Positions 47,978 through 57,984 of a stretch of DNA of 64,000 bases are shown here, one piece after another. This DNA comes from an uncultured Candidatus Saccharibacteria bacterium (GTDB lineage: Bacteria > Patescibacteriota > Minisyncoccia > Phycocordibacterales > CAYGLL01). A program made the translations under genes and the position numbers. Every line of letters begins with the position of its first letter. Within the stretch, counting starts at the first letter, position 1. The notes beneath the pieces were generated by a model, which was not told the DNA's origin, did not search any database, and was given only the letters and a program-made list of their open reading frames with translations. Location: contig CAYGLL010000001.1 in the NCBI GenBank assembly GCA_964350935.1, positions 38,090 to 102,089 of the forward strand, in the 5' to 3' direction.

Positions 47978-49009
47978 GTGAAATATACATTCGTAGCGTG
48001 TGACGTAAGTCCCACGAATGCATTTGTCGCCCTTGCAAGTCAGCTTGATGCTGAAGGGCACGAGGTGAAGGGTGTTTCTGGAAAAGATGGTTCGACAAAG
48101 CTTCAGGTCATGGATTACATTTCGGGCGCGGACTTCCTTATTGTCGGAATGTCTTCGACCGAGGAATTGGCTGCATCAGAACTTTTGGCCTTGAATCAGG
48201 CTCGTGCGAAAGGTGTTCGTTACGGTTTCTTCTCCGACATGCGCGGATGCTGGCGGGGACGCGAGTATTTCCATACGTTCTACGCTGATGCCTCACTTCT
48301 CTTCGTCACGAGGCCGGACGAAGCCGAGGAAGCGCAAAAGTCGTTTCCAAACGCGAAGGTTATTGCCGTCGGCCACCCGTCCCGAGAGTCTGACATGATG
48401 CCTACGACCACGCGGGACGAGGTTCGCTCCAAGCTGGGAATTGCCCACGACACGATTGTGCTTCTCTGTGCCGGTGTGAAGAAGCCCGAGTTCAACTTGA
48501 CGCTTCTTAAAGCCGCGCAGAATGTCGCAATCGCTTTGCGCTCTCAGCGAACCGTTCGGGTAGTGTTCTCACCGCACCCCAAAGACGAAACTTCTCAGGA
48601 ACAATACCGGGATGTGTTTGATCACGGCGTTTCGATCTTCGCCGATCCCAAAGAGTGGAAGTCGGTGAATTTGCTCCCTGGAGCGGACATGCTTCTCAAC
48701 ACCATGACGTCGCTCTTTTACGAAGCGTCGTCCCTGCGTATTCCGAACGTCTGCTACATGCCGGACAACGTCGCAGCACGCCGCAAGGAACTTCTGGGTA
48801 TTGCTGACCCGCCGGAAGAAAAGGAAGGCACGATGCTCGTAGCGCGCTCACCAGAAGAGCTCTCGGGACTCGTTTCACTTCTCTGTTATCCGGGGAGTGA
48901 AGTCCTGGCCGCACTTCGTCGTGAGCAGGAACTCCAGTACGGAACTCCCCAGCCGGCAGGTACCGCGGTCCGTCTCATGGTCGAGGCGATTGCGTCGATC
49001 ACGAAGTAA
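47978..49009 (+). CDS. Hypothetical protein, possibly GT-B-fold; GC-richer than flanking genes
   Basis: 343-aa ORF with clear codon bias but no confidently recognised motifs. Confidence 0.3.
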   Translation: MKYTFVACDVSPTNAFVALASQLDAEGHEVKGVSGKDGSTKLQVMDYISGADFLIVGMSSTEELAASELLALNQARAKGVRYGFFSDMRGCWRGREYFHTFYADASLLFVTRPDEAEEAQKSFPNAKVIAVGHPSRESDMMPTTTRDEVRSKLGIAHDTIVLLCAGVKKPEFNLTLLKAAQNVAIALRSQRTVRVVFSPHPKDETSQEQYRDVFDHGVSIFADPKEWKSVNLLPGADMLLNTMTSLFYEASSLRIPNVCYMPDNVAARRKELLGIADPPEEKEGTMLVARSPEELSGLVSLLCYPGSEVLAALRREQELQYGTPQPAGTAVRLMVEAIASITK

Positions 49010-49023
49010 TCAGTTCATTATCT

Positions 49024-49057
49024 GCGCCCAAACACTCCGGTGTTTGGGCGCTTTTTG
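49024..49057 (+). terminator. Rho-independent terminator
   Basis: GCGCCCAAACAC-TCCG-GTGTTTGGGCGC perfect 12-bp stem followed by TTTTTG. Confidence 0.85.
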
Positions 49058-49118
49058 CATGGTATTTAGGATATTGACGTTTTTGCCAATTATGGTAGTT
49101 TCAGGATGAATATGAACA

Positions 49119-50207
49119 TTGAAAAAAATCAACAAAAGGCTCAGTATGACGCTCGTTCCTGATCGCTACGCTATCTTTAAGAAGGTGATCGAATCTATTA
49201 AAGGAAGTTGCTCGATTATCCTTTCTCAGGTTGACCCGGATGCCCTAGCGGCGGCGTTCGCCCTCGCTGATCTCATCATGGGTTTGTCTCCCTCGACCAA
49301 AATCAAATTTTTCTACGGTGGTGCAATCGGTCATCCGCAAAATCAGACGCTCTTCAACAAGTTTGACCTGCAGGGACGTCTGCGCCCGATGAAGCAATTC
49401 AGTGAGGCAGATAACAAAAATGTCATGCTAGTCGACTCGTCGTCTTTGAAAGATGGCCGTCTGGGACTTCAGAGCTTGAAGATTGATCCGATTATCGTCA
49501 TTGATCACCATCGTGACGGTGACGTCACCGAACGAGATGGAACATTCGTTTGGATTGACACCGAGGCTGGAGCTGCTTCGACCATGCTTGTCGAACTTAT
49601 TCAGGCGTCTCTGCTTCCACTCACGTTCGATACCCCGATGGTGCCGTCCCTTCTTGCCGTTGGTATTTACACAGACACTCACGGATTAATTCACTGTTCG
49701 GCACGTGACCGAAGTGCGTACGGCGTTGTCGCCGACATAGTCGGTGCTAATGAACTGAGCCAGTTGTTTCAGTTCCCATTGCCGGCATCGTACTTCGAAA
49801 ACGAAGCGAATGCGTGGTCGAATCGAAAGATTGAGGGCGGGAGATTAGTCACGTATCTCGGAGTCATCCGGCCGGATCAGGGTGATGATCTGTCGACAAT
49901 CGCTGACAAGTACATTCGGATGCCGAATGCGAGCTTAGTTATTGTCTGGGCTCTGGTTCAGTTAGATGGCGAAAAGGCCGTTGTCCGGATCAGCGCGCGC
50001 AGCACTGATCTATCGCTTCCGCTCGGGGCATTTCTTCGGGAGTGTTTTCCTGAGGCATCTTCCGGAGCCAAACTTACCTCGGATGGTGTTGGAATTGGTG
50101 GGGGAACGATTCAGGTTGACTTCGGACCTTTCCTCATTCCGGAAACCAGATCTGAGGCAGTACAGCTCGCGGCAAAGTACGTTTTGACAAGGGTTTTTGC
50201 GGCCTGA
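49119..50207 (+). CDS. nrnA: DHH/DHHA1 phosphoesterase (NrnA-like nanoRNase/pAp phosphatase)
   Basis: VIDHHRDGD (DHH motif) and a C-terminal GIGGG (DHHA1 GGGH-like) motif. Confidence 0.7.
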   Translation: MKKINKRLSMTLVPDRYAIFKKVIESIKGSCSIILSQVDPDALAAAFALADLIMGLSPSTKIKFFYGGAIGHPQNQTLFNKFDLQGRLRPMKQFSEADNKNVMLVDSSSLKDGRLGLQSLKIDPIIVIDHHRDGDVTERDGTFVWIDTEAGAASTMLVELIQASLLPLTFDTPMVPSLLAVGIYTDTHGLIHCSARDRSAYGVVADIVGANELSQLFQFPLPASYFENEANAWSNRKIEGGRLVTYLGVIRPDQGDDLSTIADKYIRMPNASLVIVWALVQLDGEKAVVRISARSTDLSLPLGAFLRECFPEASSGAKLTSDGVGIGGGTIQVDFGPFLIPETRSEAVQLAAKYVLTRVFAA

Positions 50208-50223
50208 AACTGCAAAAACCTTA

Positions 50224-50253
50224 CGGCGCCTGGGTAAAACTAGGCGCCTTTTT
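50224..50253 (+). terminator. Rho-independent terminator
   Basis: GGCGCCT-GGGTAAAACT-AGGCGCC followed by TTTTT. Confidence 0.7.
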
Positions 50254-50257
50254 AATA

Positions 50258-50286
50258 CTTGACTTTTGGGATAAAGGCTGATAAGG
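50258..50286 (+). promoter_or_regulatory. Orphan promoter TTGACT-17-TAAGGT
   Basis: Sits between two plus-strand terminators with no downstream ORF. Confidence 0.45.
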
Positions 50287-50292
50287 TACACA

Positions 50293-50364
50293 GTGTGAGT
50301 GCCTAACACAAGTTGTTAGACACAAACGAATGTCTGCGAAACGCCCCTCTTCGGAGGGGTTTTT
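50293..50364 (+). ncRNA. Candidate small RNA (about 72 nt) running from the orphan promoter to a UUCG-tetraloop terminator
   Basis: A predicted TSS about 7 nt after TAAGGT; internal hairpins CTAACA-CAAGT-TGTTAG and GACA-CAAACGAA-TGTC; a terminal CCCCTC-TTCG-GAGGGG hairpin followed by TTTTT; no ORF. Confidence 0.4.
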
Positions 50365-50372
50365 CGTTTCTC

Positions 50373-50416
50373 CGCGAGTAAAAAAATCACCCTATCAAGG
50401 GTGATTTTTTTACTCG
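50373..50416. terminator. 44-nt perfect palindrome (20-bp stem GCGAGTAAAAAAATCACCCT / AGGGTGATTTTTTTACTCGC, loop ATCA): bidirectional terminator abutting the rpsA stop
   Basis: Read directly; the A-run and U-run lie inside the stem arms. Confidence 0.75.
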
Positions 50417-51565
50417 CTACTTCTTTTCAGTTTTTACCGCGTTTTGGAATGAAAGTGCCATCTTCTGTTCCTTAGGGTCAAACAAACTGATCTTAAAGGG
50501 ATAAGTTTTACCGAGTTCCAGGGAATTACGAAGTTTTTCTTCGGTTCCAAACTCAGAGATGTGAACCAATCCCGCGACTCCTTCCTCGATTGAGGCGAGG
50601 GCGCCGTGTTTGTTGAATTTAATGATGATACCTTGCACCAAATCGTCTTTCTTGTATTTCTTTTCTGCTTCGCGCCACGGATTCGGCTTGAGTGCCTTGA
50701 TTGAGAGGGAAATCTTGCCGTCCTTGATCTCGATCACTTTAACGCGAACTTTGTCGCCGACTTTGAAATGCGCGCGTGGGTTTTCAACGAGTGCCCAGTC
50801 AATTTCAGAGATGTGAACGAGTCCTTCAAGATCGTCTTCGAGTTTGACGAAGATGCCGAAGTCGACTGCGCCCGTAACCTCTCCCTGAACCTCATCGCCG
50901 ACAGAATATTTCTCAACGATCTTAACACGATCTTTTTGGTCAGGGTTTTTCTCAGAGAAGATGAGTTTTCCTTCTTTAGGGCTGATGGAAAGAATCATAA
51001 CCGAGATTTTGGTGCCGACAAGCTTTTTCAATTCCTCAAGAATTTTATCTTTGTCACCATCGGGAACGCGAGGGTAGTGTTCGGCTTTGAGCTGTGAAGC
51101 GGGGAGAAAGCCCTGAATTCCCTGCCACTCGAGGATAAGTCCTCCTTTGTTTGCTTCGCGAACCGGAATATCGAGGAGCCGCTTGTCTTTAATAGCTTCC
51201 TCGGCTTCGCCCCAGATAAGAGCCTGGCGAGCCTCTTTGAGAGAAAGTTCAATGTAACCCTCTTCGCCCTCGGTATCGACAACTTTAGCGGAGATGATGT
51301 CGCCGATGTTAATTTTCTTAATAATGTCGCGTGCGTTTCCGAATTCGCGACCGAAAATCATACCGGTGCCGTAGGGAGAAAGATCGACAAAAACAGCCGA
51401 CGGTTCAATCCCGATGACTGATCCTTCAACCAGACTTGCCAACGTCGGAGGGTTGCCGGATGCCGCAATGATGCGTGACATCGGGTGCTCCTTTTTTGCT
51501 TTAAGCGCTTCGTCGCTCTTTTCGTCTAGGATGACGACGGGCTCTTTTACTGCAGTAGTACTCAT
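50417..51565 (-). CDS. rpsA: 30S ribosomal protein S1 (short four-S1-domain form)
   Basis: Repeated S1 motifs (GDIISAKVV, GDEVQGEVTGAVDFGIFVKL, GDKVRVKVIEIK, GLVHISE). On the minus strand, the -10-like TATTAT sits 4 nt upstream of the ATG. Confidence 0.8.
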   Translation of the reverse strand: MSTTAVKEPVVILDEKSDEALKAKKEHPMSRIIAASGNPPTLASLVEGSVIGIEPSAVFVDLSPYGTGMIFGREFGNARDIIKKINIGDIISAKVVDTEGEEGYIELSLKEARQALIWGEAEEAIKDKRLLDIPVREANKGGLILEWQGIQGFLPASQLKAEHYPRVPDGDKDKILEELKKLVGTKISVMILSISPKEGKLIFSEKNPDQKDRVKIVEKYSVGDEVQGEVTGAVDFGIFVKLEDDLEGLVHISEIDWALVENPRAHFKVGDKVRVKVIEIKDGKISLSIKALKPNPWREAEKKYKKDDLVQGIIIKFNKHGALASIEEGVAGLVHISEFGTEEKLRNSLELGKTYPFKISLFDPKEQKMALSFQNAVKTEKK

Positions 51566-51789
51566 GCGTATAATAAAAAATACAGAAGTTCCGGAAATGA
51601 CAGTCGTGGCGGGAGATTTCCAGGGTTACTTTCTGCGTGGGTCTAATAATTGCCTTAAATCGTAAGGGCGTTAACAACGATCCTACAACAGGCAGTGGTA
51701 ATGAGTATACTCAGATTCTCTATTTTGACAACTAGAGAAGCGCTTCGAAAAGAGGCCGTGAAATAAGAAGGTATGCTATACTTTTTTGC

Positions 51790-52422
51790 ATGATTATTAC
51801 GAATCACGGCCTAGAGTTTTTCCGCGTTCAGTTTGGCGATATCATTATTGCAACCAATCCGCCGGGCAAAAAGTCGGCTTTTAAAGGTCCGCGTTTCGGT
51901 GCTGATATCGTTCTCACCTCCATGAATCAAAAAGATTTTGACGGGGCAGAGGATCTCTCATTTGGCAACCGAAGCCCGTTTGTTATCAATGGGCCCGGAG
52001 AGTATGAAATAAAAGATGTGGTGGTTCGAGGGTTCGCTTCAACCTCGGCGTATGGCGGCGAAGAGCGCGTTAATACCATTTACACGCTCGGACTCGAAGG
52101 TATGCAAATTGCTTTTTTGGGTGCGATTGGAAAACCGGAAATTCCCACTGATGCTAAAGAGGCATTTGATTCAATCGATATTCTCTTTGTGCCGATTGGG
52201 GGTGACGGTGTTCTTTCGGCAAAAGATGCCTACAAGCTCGCACTCACCATTGAACCAAAAATTATTATTCCGATGCACTACGGAGCCGCGGGAGATAAAG
52301 GAGCGCTTCAGAGTTTTCTCAAAGAGGCGGGTGCTAAAGATGAGGGGCTCGATAAGTTGACCTTAAAGAAAAAAGATCTTGAAGGAAAGGATGCAGATGT
52401 GGTCGTGCTTAAGGTGGTGTAA
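51790..52422 (+). CDS. MBL-fold metallo-hydrolase-like protein (UPF0173-like, degenerate metal motif)
   Basis: 210 aa, ...ADIVLTSMNQKDFDG in place of HxHxDH, and a conserved C-terminal ...IIPMHYG. Confidence 0.5.
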   Translation: MIITNHGLEFFRVQFGDIIIATNPPGKKSAFKGPRFGADIVLTSMNQKDFDGAEDLSFGNRSPFVINGPGEYEIKDVVVRGFASTSAYGGEERVNTIYTLGLEGMQIAFLGAIGKPEIPTDAKEAFDSIDILFVPIGGDGVLSAKDAYKLALTIEPKIIIPMHYGAAGDKGALQSFLKEAGAKDEGLDKLTLKKKDLEGKDADVVVLKVV

Positions 52423-52434
52423 GGTTTTCCTTTC

Positions 52435-52812
52435 ATGGCTGATTTTTTAGACAAGTTGCGCGAGAAGCCAACACACACGCGGAAAATTATTGCATTTAGC
52501 ATTGCCGCGGGCATTGTACTTGTCGTTTTTGGTTTCTGGATTGCAAACATAGGTTCAGTTTTCACCGCAGAAGATTCAACGGTTGATACGGTGAGCGGGG
52601 CTTCTCCTTTAAACGCATTGGGGAACGATTTGGCTAAAATCATGGGGAGCATTAGAGACGGTGTGGACGGTATAAGGCAGGAATTTTCAGATTCCGTCAA
52701 CAATGCGTCTTCGACACCGGATGTCGCCACATCAACGCCTGAGGATCAAAATCCCTTGGAAAATGAGGCTCAAAATGATACACTAGACTCATATGGCGGA
52801 GAAGGAAACTGA
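52435..52812 (+). CDS. Small membrane-anchored hypothetical protein with an acidic, S/T-rich C-terminus
   Basis: 125-aa ORF with one TM helix ([22 protein letters not shown]). Confidence 0.4.
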   Translation: MADFLDKLREKPTHTRKIIAFSIAAGIVLVVFGFWIANIGSVFTAEDSTVDTVSGASPLNALGNDLAKIMGSIRDGVDGIRQEFSDSVNNASSTPDVATSTPEDQNPLENEAQNDTLDSYGGEGN

Positions 52813-55255
52813 TCAAAAAAGCGCCCCACCAGGCGGTAATTTTATTTCTCGCGACATCACTGTCGAGATGAAGGAGTCGTATCTCGACTATGCAATGTCG
52901 GTTATTACCGCGCGCGCGCTTCCCGATGTTCGTGACGGATTGAAACCGGTTCATCGCCGCATTCTTTTTACGATGCATGAAATGGGACTCACCGCATCAT
53001 CTCGTTTCAGAAAATCCTCTGCGGTTGTTGGAGATGTGATGGGAAAGTATCACCCGCACGGTGATGTGGCGATTTACGATACATTGGTAAAACTCGCACA
53101 GAGTTTTGGCATGCGCTACCCCCTGGTGTGGGGCCAGGGAAACTTTGGATCAGTTGACGGAGATCCTGCAGCCGCCCCCCGCTACACCGAGGCGAAGATG
53201 ACCAAGCTTTCAGGTGAGATGCTCAAAGATCTTGAAAAGGAGACCGTGAACTGGAGCACCAACTACGATTCAACAAGAAAAGAACCGACAGTACTTCCTG
53301 CTGCTGCGCCAAATCTTCTCTTAAATGGGACGTTGGGTATCGCCGTTGGTATGGCGACAAACATTCCGCCGCACAATTTGCGCGAAGTCGCCGACGCAAC
53401 CGCCCACCTCATTGATAACCCTGACGCAACGATCGCTGATCTTCTTCAGTTCATCAAAGGGCCAGATTTTCCAACGGGGGCTATTGTCTATAATGAAAAG
53501 GAGATTCAGCACGCATATTCAACGGGTCGCGGCCCGATGGTGGTGCGTGGCGAGGCGGAAATTGTTGAGGAGAAGCGGGGCGCGTTTCAGATTGTTATTA
53601 AGTCACTGCCATTTCGTGTTAACAAAGCCGAGCTTATTATGGCGATTGCGGACTTGGTTCGTGAGAAGAAGGTGGAAGGAATTAAAGGGCTGCGCGATGA
53701 GTCGGCTAAAGATATCCGAATCGTTATCGATTTGAAACAGGGCGCTTATCCTGAGAAAGTCCTCAATTTTATATACAAGCATACTCAGCTCGAAGATACG
53801 TTCCATTTAAACCTCGTTGCTCTTGTCCAGGGCGTCCCCCAAACACTTTCCCTGAAGAGCGTGCTCGAAGAATTTATTGCACATCGTAAAGAAGTGGTAC
53901 GCCGCCGCACCGTCTTTGACCTCAATAAAGCTAAAGACCGCGAGCACATTTTACTTGGTTTGAAAAAAGCGCTTGACCACATCGATGCGATCATCAAGCT
54001 TATCAAGAAATCCGCTGACGCACCGACGGCGCACAAGAATTTGATGAAGGAATTTAAGTTTTCTGATCGGCAGGCAACCGCAATTTTGGACATGCGTCTC
54101 CAGAAACTTGCCGGCCTCGAGCGTAAAAAGATTGAAGATGAACTTAAGGCTGTTCAGGCACTGATCGAGGAGCTCGATAGTATTTTGAAGAGCACTAAAA
54201 AGATTACCGGCATAGTCAAAACTGAACTTGGCGAGGTACGAGAAAAATATGGTGATGATCGGGCCACGAAGGTTATTAAGCACGGCGTTAAGGCATTTTC
54301 CGAGGAAGATTTGATTCCTGACGAAGAAAGCGTATTGGTGTTGACCAAAGGTGGTTATGTCAAACGTACCAATCCCGAAGAGTATCGCAAACAGAAGCGC
54401 GGCGGTGTGGGCGTTGTTGATCTGGATACTAAAGAAGAGGATTTTGTCTCGATTTTCCTTACCACGACGAATCATAGCGATCTCTTGTTCTTTACCGACA
54501 AGGGTAAGGTATATCAGATTAAAATGTATGAAATTCCGGAAGGGAAACGTGCGACGCGCGGAAAATCGATTATGAATTTCCTCTCGCTTTCAGCTGACGA
54601 GCGCGTTACCTCAGTGTTGCCAATGCCTAAAGATATTAAGAAAGGTTCAGATCTTTCGGTGTTTATGCTCACCCGCGAAGGAACCGGAAAGAGGGTCGCC
54701 GCCGAAAGTTTTCATGATGTTCGTCGCAGTGGTTTGATCGCGATTAAACTTTCTTCAGGCGACGAACTCATATCAGCCTGCTTTACAGAAAAAGGCGACA
54801 CGATCTCAATTGTTTCAGCAAAAGGTCAGTCAATTAGATTCAAAGAATCGGATATTCGCGAGATGGGCCGCAACGCCGGCGGTGTGCGCGGTATTCGTCT
54901 GGGAAAGGGTGATCGCGTGATCAGTTCTGATGTTATTAAGAAAGATGGCAAAGACGCGGCGCTTCTCGTGGTCTCGACAAACGGCTACGGTAAGAAGACC
55001 TCCATTGATGAATATAAAATTCAGAAGCGCGGCGGCTCGGGTATTAAAACTGCCAAAGTAACGCCCAAAACCGGCGAACTCATGATTGCGCAGGTGGTCA
55101 CTCCTGAATTTACTGAGGTTGTCGCCATTTCAAAAAAGAGCCAGGTTATTAGAACCGATCTTTCGGGAATCTCTGAGCTTGGCCGCCAGACTCAGGGCGT
55201 ACGCATTATGAAACTGCGCGATGGTGATTCAATCGCTTCGTTTGTGTGCCTCTAG
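52793..55255 (+). CDS. gyrA: DNA gyrase subunit A
   Basis: [44 protein letters not shown] (catalytic Tyr), and C-terminal beta-pinwheel repeats. Confidence 0.95.
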   Translation: MAEKETDQKSAPPGGNFISRDITVEMKESYLDYAMSVITARALPDVRDGLKPVHRRILFTMHEMGLTASSRFRKSSAVVGDVMGKYHPHGDVAIYDTLVKLAQSFGMRYPLVWGQGNFGSVDGDPAAAPRYTEAKMTKLSGEMLKDLEKETVNWSTNYDSTRKEPTVLPAAAPNLLLNGTLGIAVGMATNIPPHNLREVADATAHLIDNPDATIADLLQFIKGPDFPTGAIVYNEKEIQHAYSTGRGPMVVRGEAEIVEEKRGAFQIVIKSLPFRVNKAELIMAIADLVREKKVEGIKGLRDESAKDIRIVIDLKQGAYPEKVLNFIYKHTQLEDTFHLNLVALVQGVPQTLSLKSVLEEFIAHRKEVVRRRTVFDLNKAKDREHILLGLKKALDHIDAIIKLIKKSADAPTAHKNLMKEFKFSDRQATAILDMRLQKLAGLERKKIEDELKAVQALIEELDSILKSTKKITGIVKTELGEVREKYGDDRATKVIKHGVKAFSEEDLIPDEESVLVLTKGGYVKRTNPEEYRKQKRGGVGVVDLDTKEEDFVSIFLTTTNHSDLLFFTDKGKVYQIKMYEIPEGKRATRGKSIMNFLSLSADERVTSVLPMPKDIKKGSDLSVFMLTREGTGKRVAAESFHDVRRSGLIAIKLSSGDELISACFTEKGDTISIVSAKGQSIRFKESDIREMGRNAGGVRGIRLGKGDRVISSDVIKKDGKDAALLVVSTNGYGKKTSIDEYKIQKRGGSGIKTAKVTPKTGELMIAQVVTPEFTEVVAISKKSQVIRTDLSGISELGRQTQGVRIMKLRDGDSIASFVCL

Positions 55256-55346
55256 GTCACTTCTCGGGCCTGATTTCCACACAAGTCTTTGATTTCTAGT
55301 GATATACTGAGAATGCCGAGTAGTGGTGGCATTTCTTTTGTAATTA

Positions 55347-55877
55347 ATGTTTTCTGATCCCCAACAAAATCTCTCCCAGGCGGGAATTGGCGAGGGTATG
55401 TTCGTAGCCGATATTGGCTCCGGATCAGGTTTTTATTCCTTGGCGGCAGCGCGCATGGTGGGGGATAAAGGCCGTGTTTTTTCAGTTGATATACAAAAGG
55501 AGTTACTGCAAAAATTAAAAAACACTGCTCAGGCGCAACGTTTGTTTAATATTGAGATTGTTTGGGGAAATGTTGAAAAGCTTGGCGGGACAAAGATTCG
55601 TGACGCCTCGATCGACTTTGTTCTTGTTTCAAACATACTTTTTCAGATCGAACAAAAAAAGGATTTTGTGAGAGAGGTGCGAAGGATTTTAAAACGAACC
55701 GGAAAGGCGTTAATAGTTGACTGGTCAGATTCGTTCGGTGGCATGGGTCCGCAGCCCGAGTTTGTATTTTCCGAGGCCGATGCTAAAAAATTGTTTGAAG
55801 ACGGTGGTATGCATGTCGAACGATCCATTTTGGCTGGCGATCATCACTACGGTTTTGTGGCTCAACAAGGAGTATGA
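55347..55877 (+). CDS. Class I SAM-dependent methyltransferase
   Basis: VADIGSGSGFYS SAM motif; GKALIVDW post-I motif. Confidence 0.65.
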   Translation: MFSDPQQNLSQAGIGEGMFVADIGSGSGFYSLAAARMVGDKGRVFSVDIQKELLQKLKNTAQAQRLFNIEIVWGNVEKLGGTKIRDASIDFVLVSNILFQIEQKKDFVREVRRILKRTGKALIVDWSDSFGGMGPQPEFVFSEADAKKLFEDGGMHVERSILAGDHHYGFVAQQGV

Positions 55878-57160
55878 AAGATTTAAATAAATTTCAGTTT
55901 GTGGTGATGGGAATTTTCATTTTTGCAGCGCTTGCTGCGGTGGTTATCTTTGCGACGACCAAAGCTCGTCCTTCGGGACAGGTGACTCTCGGTCCCGTTT
56001 CAGTATGGGGCGAGCTCAATGAGCGCACGTTTTCCGACTTTATCAATCGGGTCAATGATCAAATTCAAGATAAAACGCAGTTCGTTAACATCCGTTATTT
56101 TCAAAAAGATCCTGCCACTATTCACGATGAGCTTCTGGAAGCAGTTGCTGACGGGAGTGCGCCGGATATCATCATCCTTCCCCACGATTACATCGGAAAA
56201 TACTCACGAAGGATATTTTTGATACCCTATGAAACTATTTCCGAGCGTGCATTTTCAGATTTATTTACTGAGGGTTCTGAGATTTTCAAACTGCAGGGCG
56301 GTATTGCCGGCGTACCTTTTGCCGTCGACCCTTTGGTTATGTACTGGAATCGCGACATTTTTACCAACGCAAATATTTCCCAGCCTCCAGCTACGTGGGA
56401 CGATTTGAGCGATTTGGTCAAAGTGCTCACCATTAAGGATAGGGATTTTAGGATAGAACAAAGTCTTATCGGTTTGGGAGAGTATAGAAATATTGATCAC
56501 GCCAAGGCAATCTTAAGTGTACTCGCTCTTCAGCGCGGGTCACTTATTACACAGCTACAAGCTGGAAATGCAATTGTAGCGTCATTCGGCTCAGGCCTTG
56601 AAGATGCGCTTTCGTTTTACACCGCATACGCTGATCCGAGCTCGAATTACTATTCCTGGAACCGGTCGCTTCAGTCGTCAAAGGAACAGTTTTTACTCGG
56701 CAAATCAGCTCTCTACATTGGCTTCGGAAGTGAGGCGTTGGAGCTTCGTCAAAAAAATCCGAACCTCAACTTTGATGTAGCGGCGTTGCCGCAGGTAAAA
56801 AATGCTCCGCGCCGCCTTACCTACGGTACGATCTATGGTTTTTCAGTGCTCAGGACTTCGCCCCATATTGCAGATGCGCTTGGCACCATTTGGAAATTGG
56901 CGAGTTCGAATGCGGCACAGGCATGGACACAAATTTCAAATCTTCCGCCCGTTCAGCGCTCGCTCTTAGGCCAACAATTACCCGACCGGTTCGGTACGCT
57001 TCTCAACCAGTCGGCACTTATTGCAAAGGCGTGGCTTGATCCGGATCCTGTTGAAACAGACGGAGTGTTCAACAATCTCATTGAATCTGTTACGTCCGGA
57101 AAGCTTAGTGTCGATCAGGCTCTTATGACCGCAACGAATGAAATTAACGCAATACGGTAA
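55874..57160 (+). CDS. Extracellular solute-binding protein (ABC transporter family 1, sugar-binding type) with N-terminal membrane anchor
   Basis: N-terminal TM/signal segment followed by a ...DIIILPHDYIGKY...GVPFAVDPLVMYWNRDIF... SBP_bac_1-like pattern. Confidence 0.65.
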   Translation: MKDLNKFQFVVMGIFIFAALAAVVIFATTKARPSGQVTLGPVSVWGELNERTFSDFINRVNDQIQDKTQFVNIRYFQKDPATIHDELLEAVADGSAPDIIILPHDYIGKYSRRIFLIPYETISERAFSDLFTEGSEIFKLQGGIAGVPFAVDPLVMYWNRDIFTNANISQPPATWDDLSDLVKVLTIKDRDFRIEQSLIGLGEYRNIDHAKAILSVLALQRGSLITQLQAGNAIVASFGSGLEDALSFYTAYADPSSNYYSWNRSLQSSKEQFLLGKSALYIGFGSEALELRQKNPNLNFDVAALPQVKNAPRRLTYGTIYGFSVLRTSPHIADALGTIWKLASSNAAQAWTQISNLPPVQRSLLGQQLPDRFGTLLNQSALIAKAWLDPDPVETDGVFNNLIESVTSGKLSVDQALMTATNEINAIR

Positions 57161-57578
57161 AATTATGGAAAAACTAGTTGTATTTTGTTCGTCAAAAAAA
57201 TCTCAGTACCTTATACTTTTAGTTGTGGGACTTATTGTTTTTCTCGCACCGCTTCAGACAAGTTTTGCCCAGATTTCACAAGGAATTATACCCTGTGGTA
57301 CAACCTCGACTCATCCAGAGTGTACCTTCGATGATCTAGTTACGCTGGTGACGAATGTTATTAACTATCTTATTCTTGTTTCAGCTCCGATTGCCGCTAT
57401 TATGTTTACGTATGCCGGAATGCTCTATCTGACTGCCGCGGGTGACACCGGTAAAATAAGTAAGGCACACGGCATTTTTTGGACAGTGTTTATCGGGTTT
57501 CTGATTGTTCTTGCTGCATGGTTGATTGTGAAAAGCATCAGTGTATTGGTAACGCCGGATTATCGAGCTACTACATAA
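57138..57578 (+). CDS. VirB2/TrbC-like T4SS pilin-family small protein, paralog 1 (signal peptide plus two hydrophobic helices)
   Basis: Likely start at MEKLVVF (57165). Signal peptide ends ...SFAQ-I; the mature core ...PIAAIMFTYAGMLYLTAAGDTGKISKAHGIFWTVFIGFLIVLAAW matches the other paralogs. Confidence 0.55.
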   Translation: MKLTQYGKIMEKLVVFCSSKKSQYLILLVVGLIVFLAPLQTSFAQISQGIIPCGTTSTHPECTFDDLVTLVTNVINYLILVSAPIAAIMFTYAGMLYLTAAGDTGKISKAHGIFWTVFIGFLIVLAAWLIVKSISVLVTPDYRATT

Positions 57579-57591
57579 TATCTATAAATTT

Positions 57592-57984
57592 ATGAATCTT
57601 AGAAAAAAAATAGTCGGCGCAGCCATCGCAGCATCACTCCTGCTTCCGATTCTCAGTTTCGCGCAGATCGTTGTTCCCAATCCACCAGCTCCTCCGGGAG
57701 GTAGAATCCAGATTAATAATCCCCTCGGCGGCGGAAATAACAACAGCACGCTTGATGGGTTTGTCACGCGTATCTTAAACGAGGTTGTCGTACCAGTCGG
57801 TGCGATTATACTTGTCATCGCAATTATCTACACTGGTTTTCTCTTTGTAACGGCTCAGGGGAACCCCGAAGATCTCAAAAAAGCAAAGAATGCCTTCTTT
57901 TACACGCTCATCGGTGGCGCAGTGCTTTTAGGAGCTTCTGTACTTGCTCAGCTTATTTCGAATACCATTCAGTCACTTCGATGA
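57592..57984 (+). CDS. VirB2/TrbC-like T4SS pilin-family small protein, paralog 2
   Basis: Signal peptide ...SFAQ-I; core IIYTGFLFVTAQGNPEDLKKAKNAFFYTLIGGAVLLGA. Confidence 0.55.
   Translation: MNLRKKIVGAAIAASLLLPILSFAQIVVPNPPAPPGGRIQINNPLGGGNNNSTLDGFVTRILNEVVVPVGAIILVIAIIYTGFLFVTAQGNPEDLKKAKNAFFYTLIGGAVLLGASVLAQLISNTIQSLR

Noticed and set aside
51600-51640. Hairpin GGAAAT-N17-ATTTCC in the rpsA upstream region as a candidate autoregulatory structure
   Set aside because: The stem is only 6 bp with a 17-nt loop, and it lies upstream of the putative -10, so it would not be in the transcript if rpsA is leaderless. It is too weak to call.
53951-54475. 174-aa minus-strand ORF, and other 60-140-aa antisense ORFs (e.g. 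53785-54093, 54154-54348), inside gyrA
   Set aside because: They lie entirely within the strongly supported gyrA coding region on the opposite strand. They are low-complexity translations with no motifs, as expected of spurious antisense ORFs.
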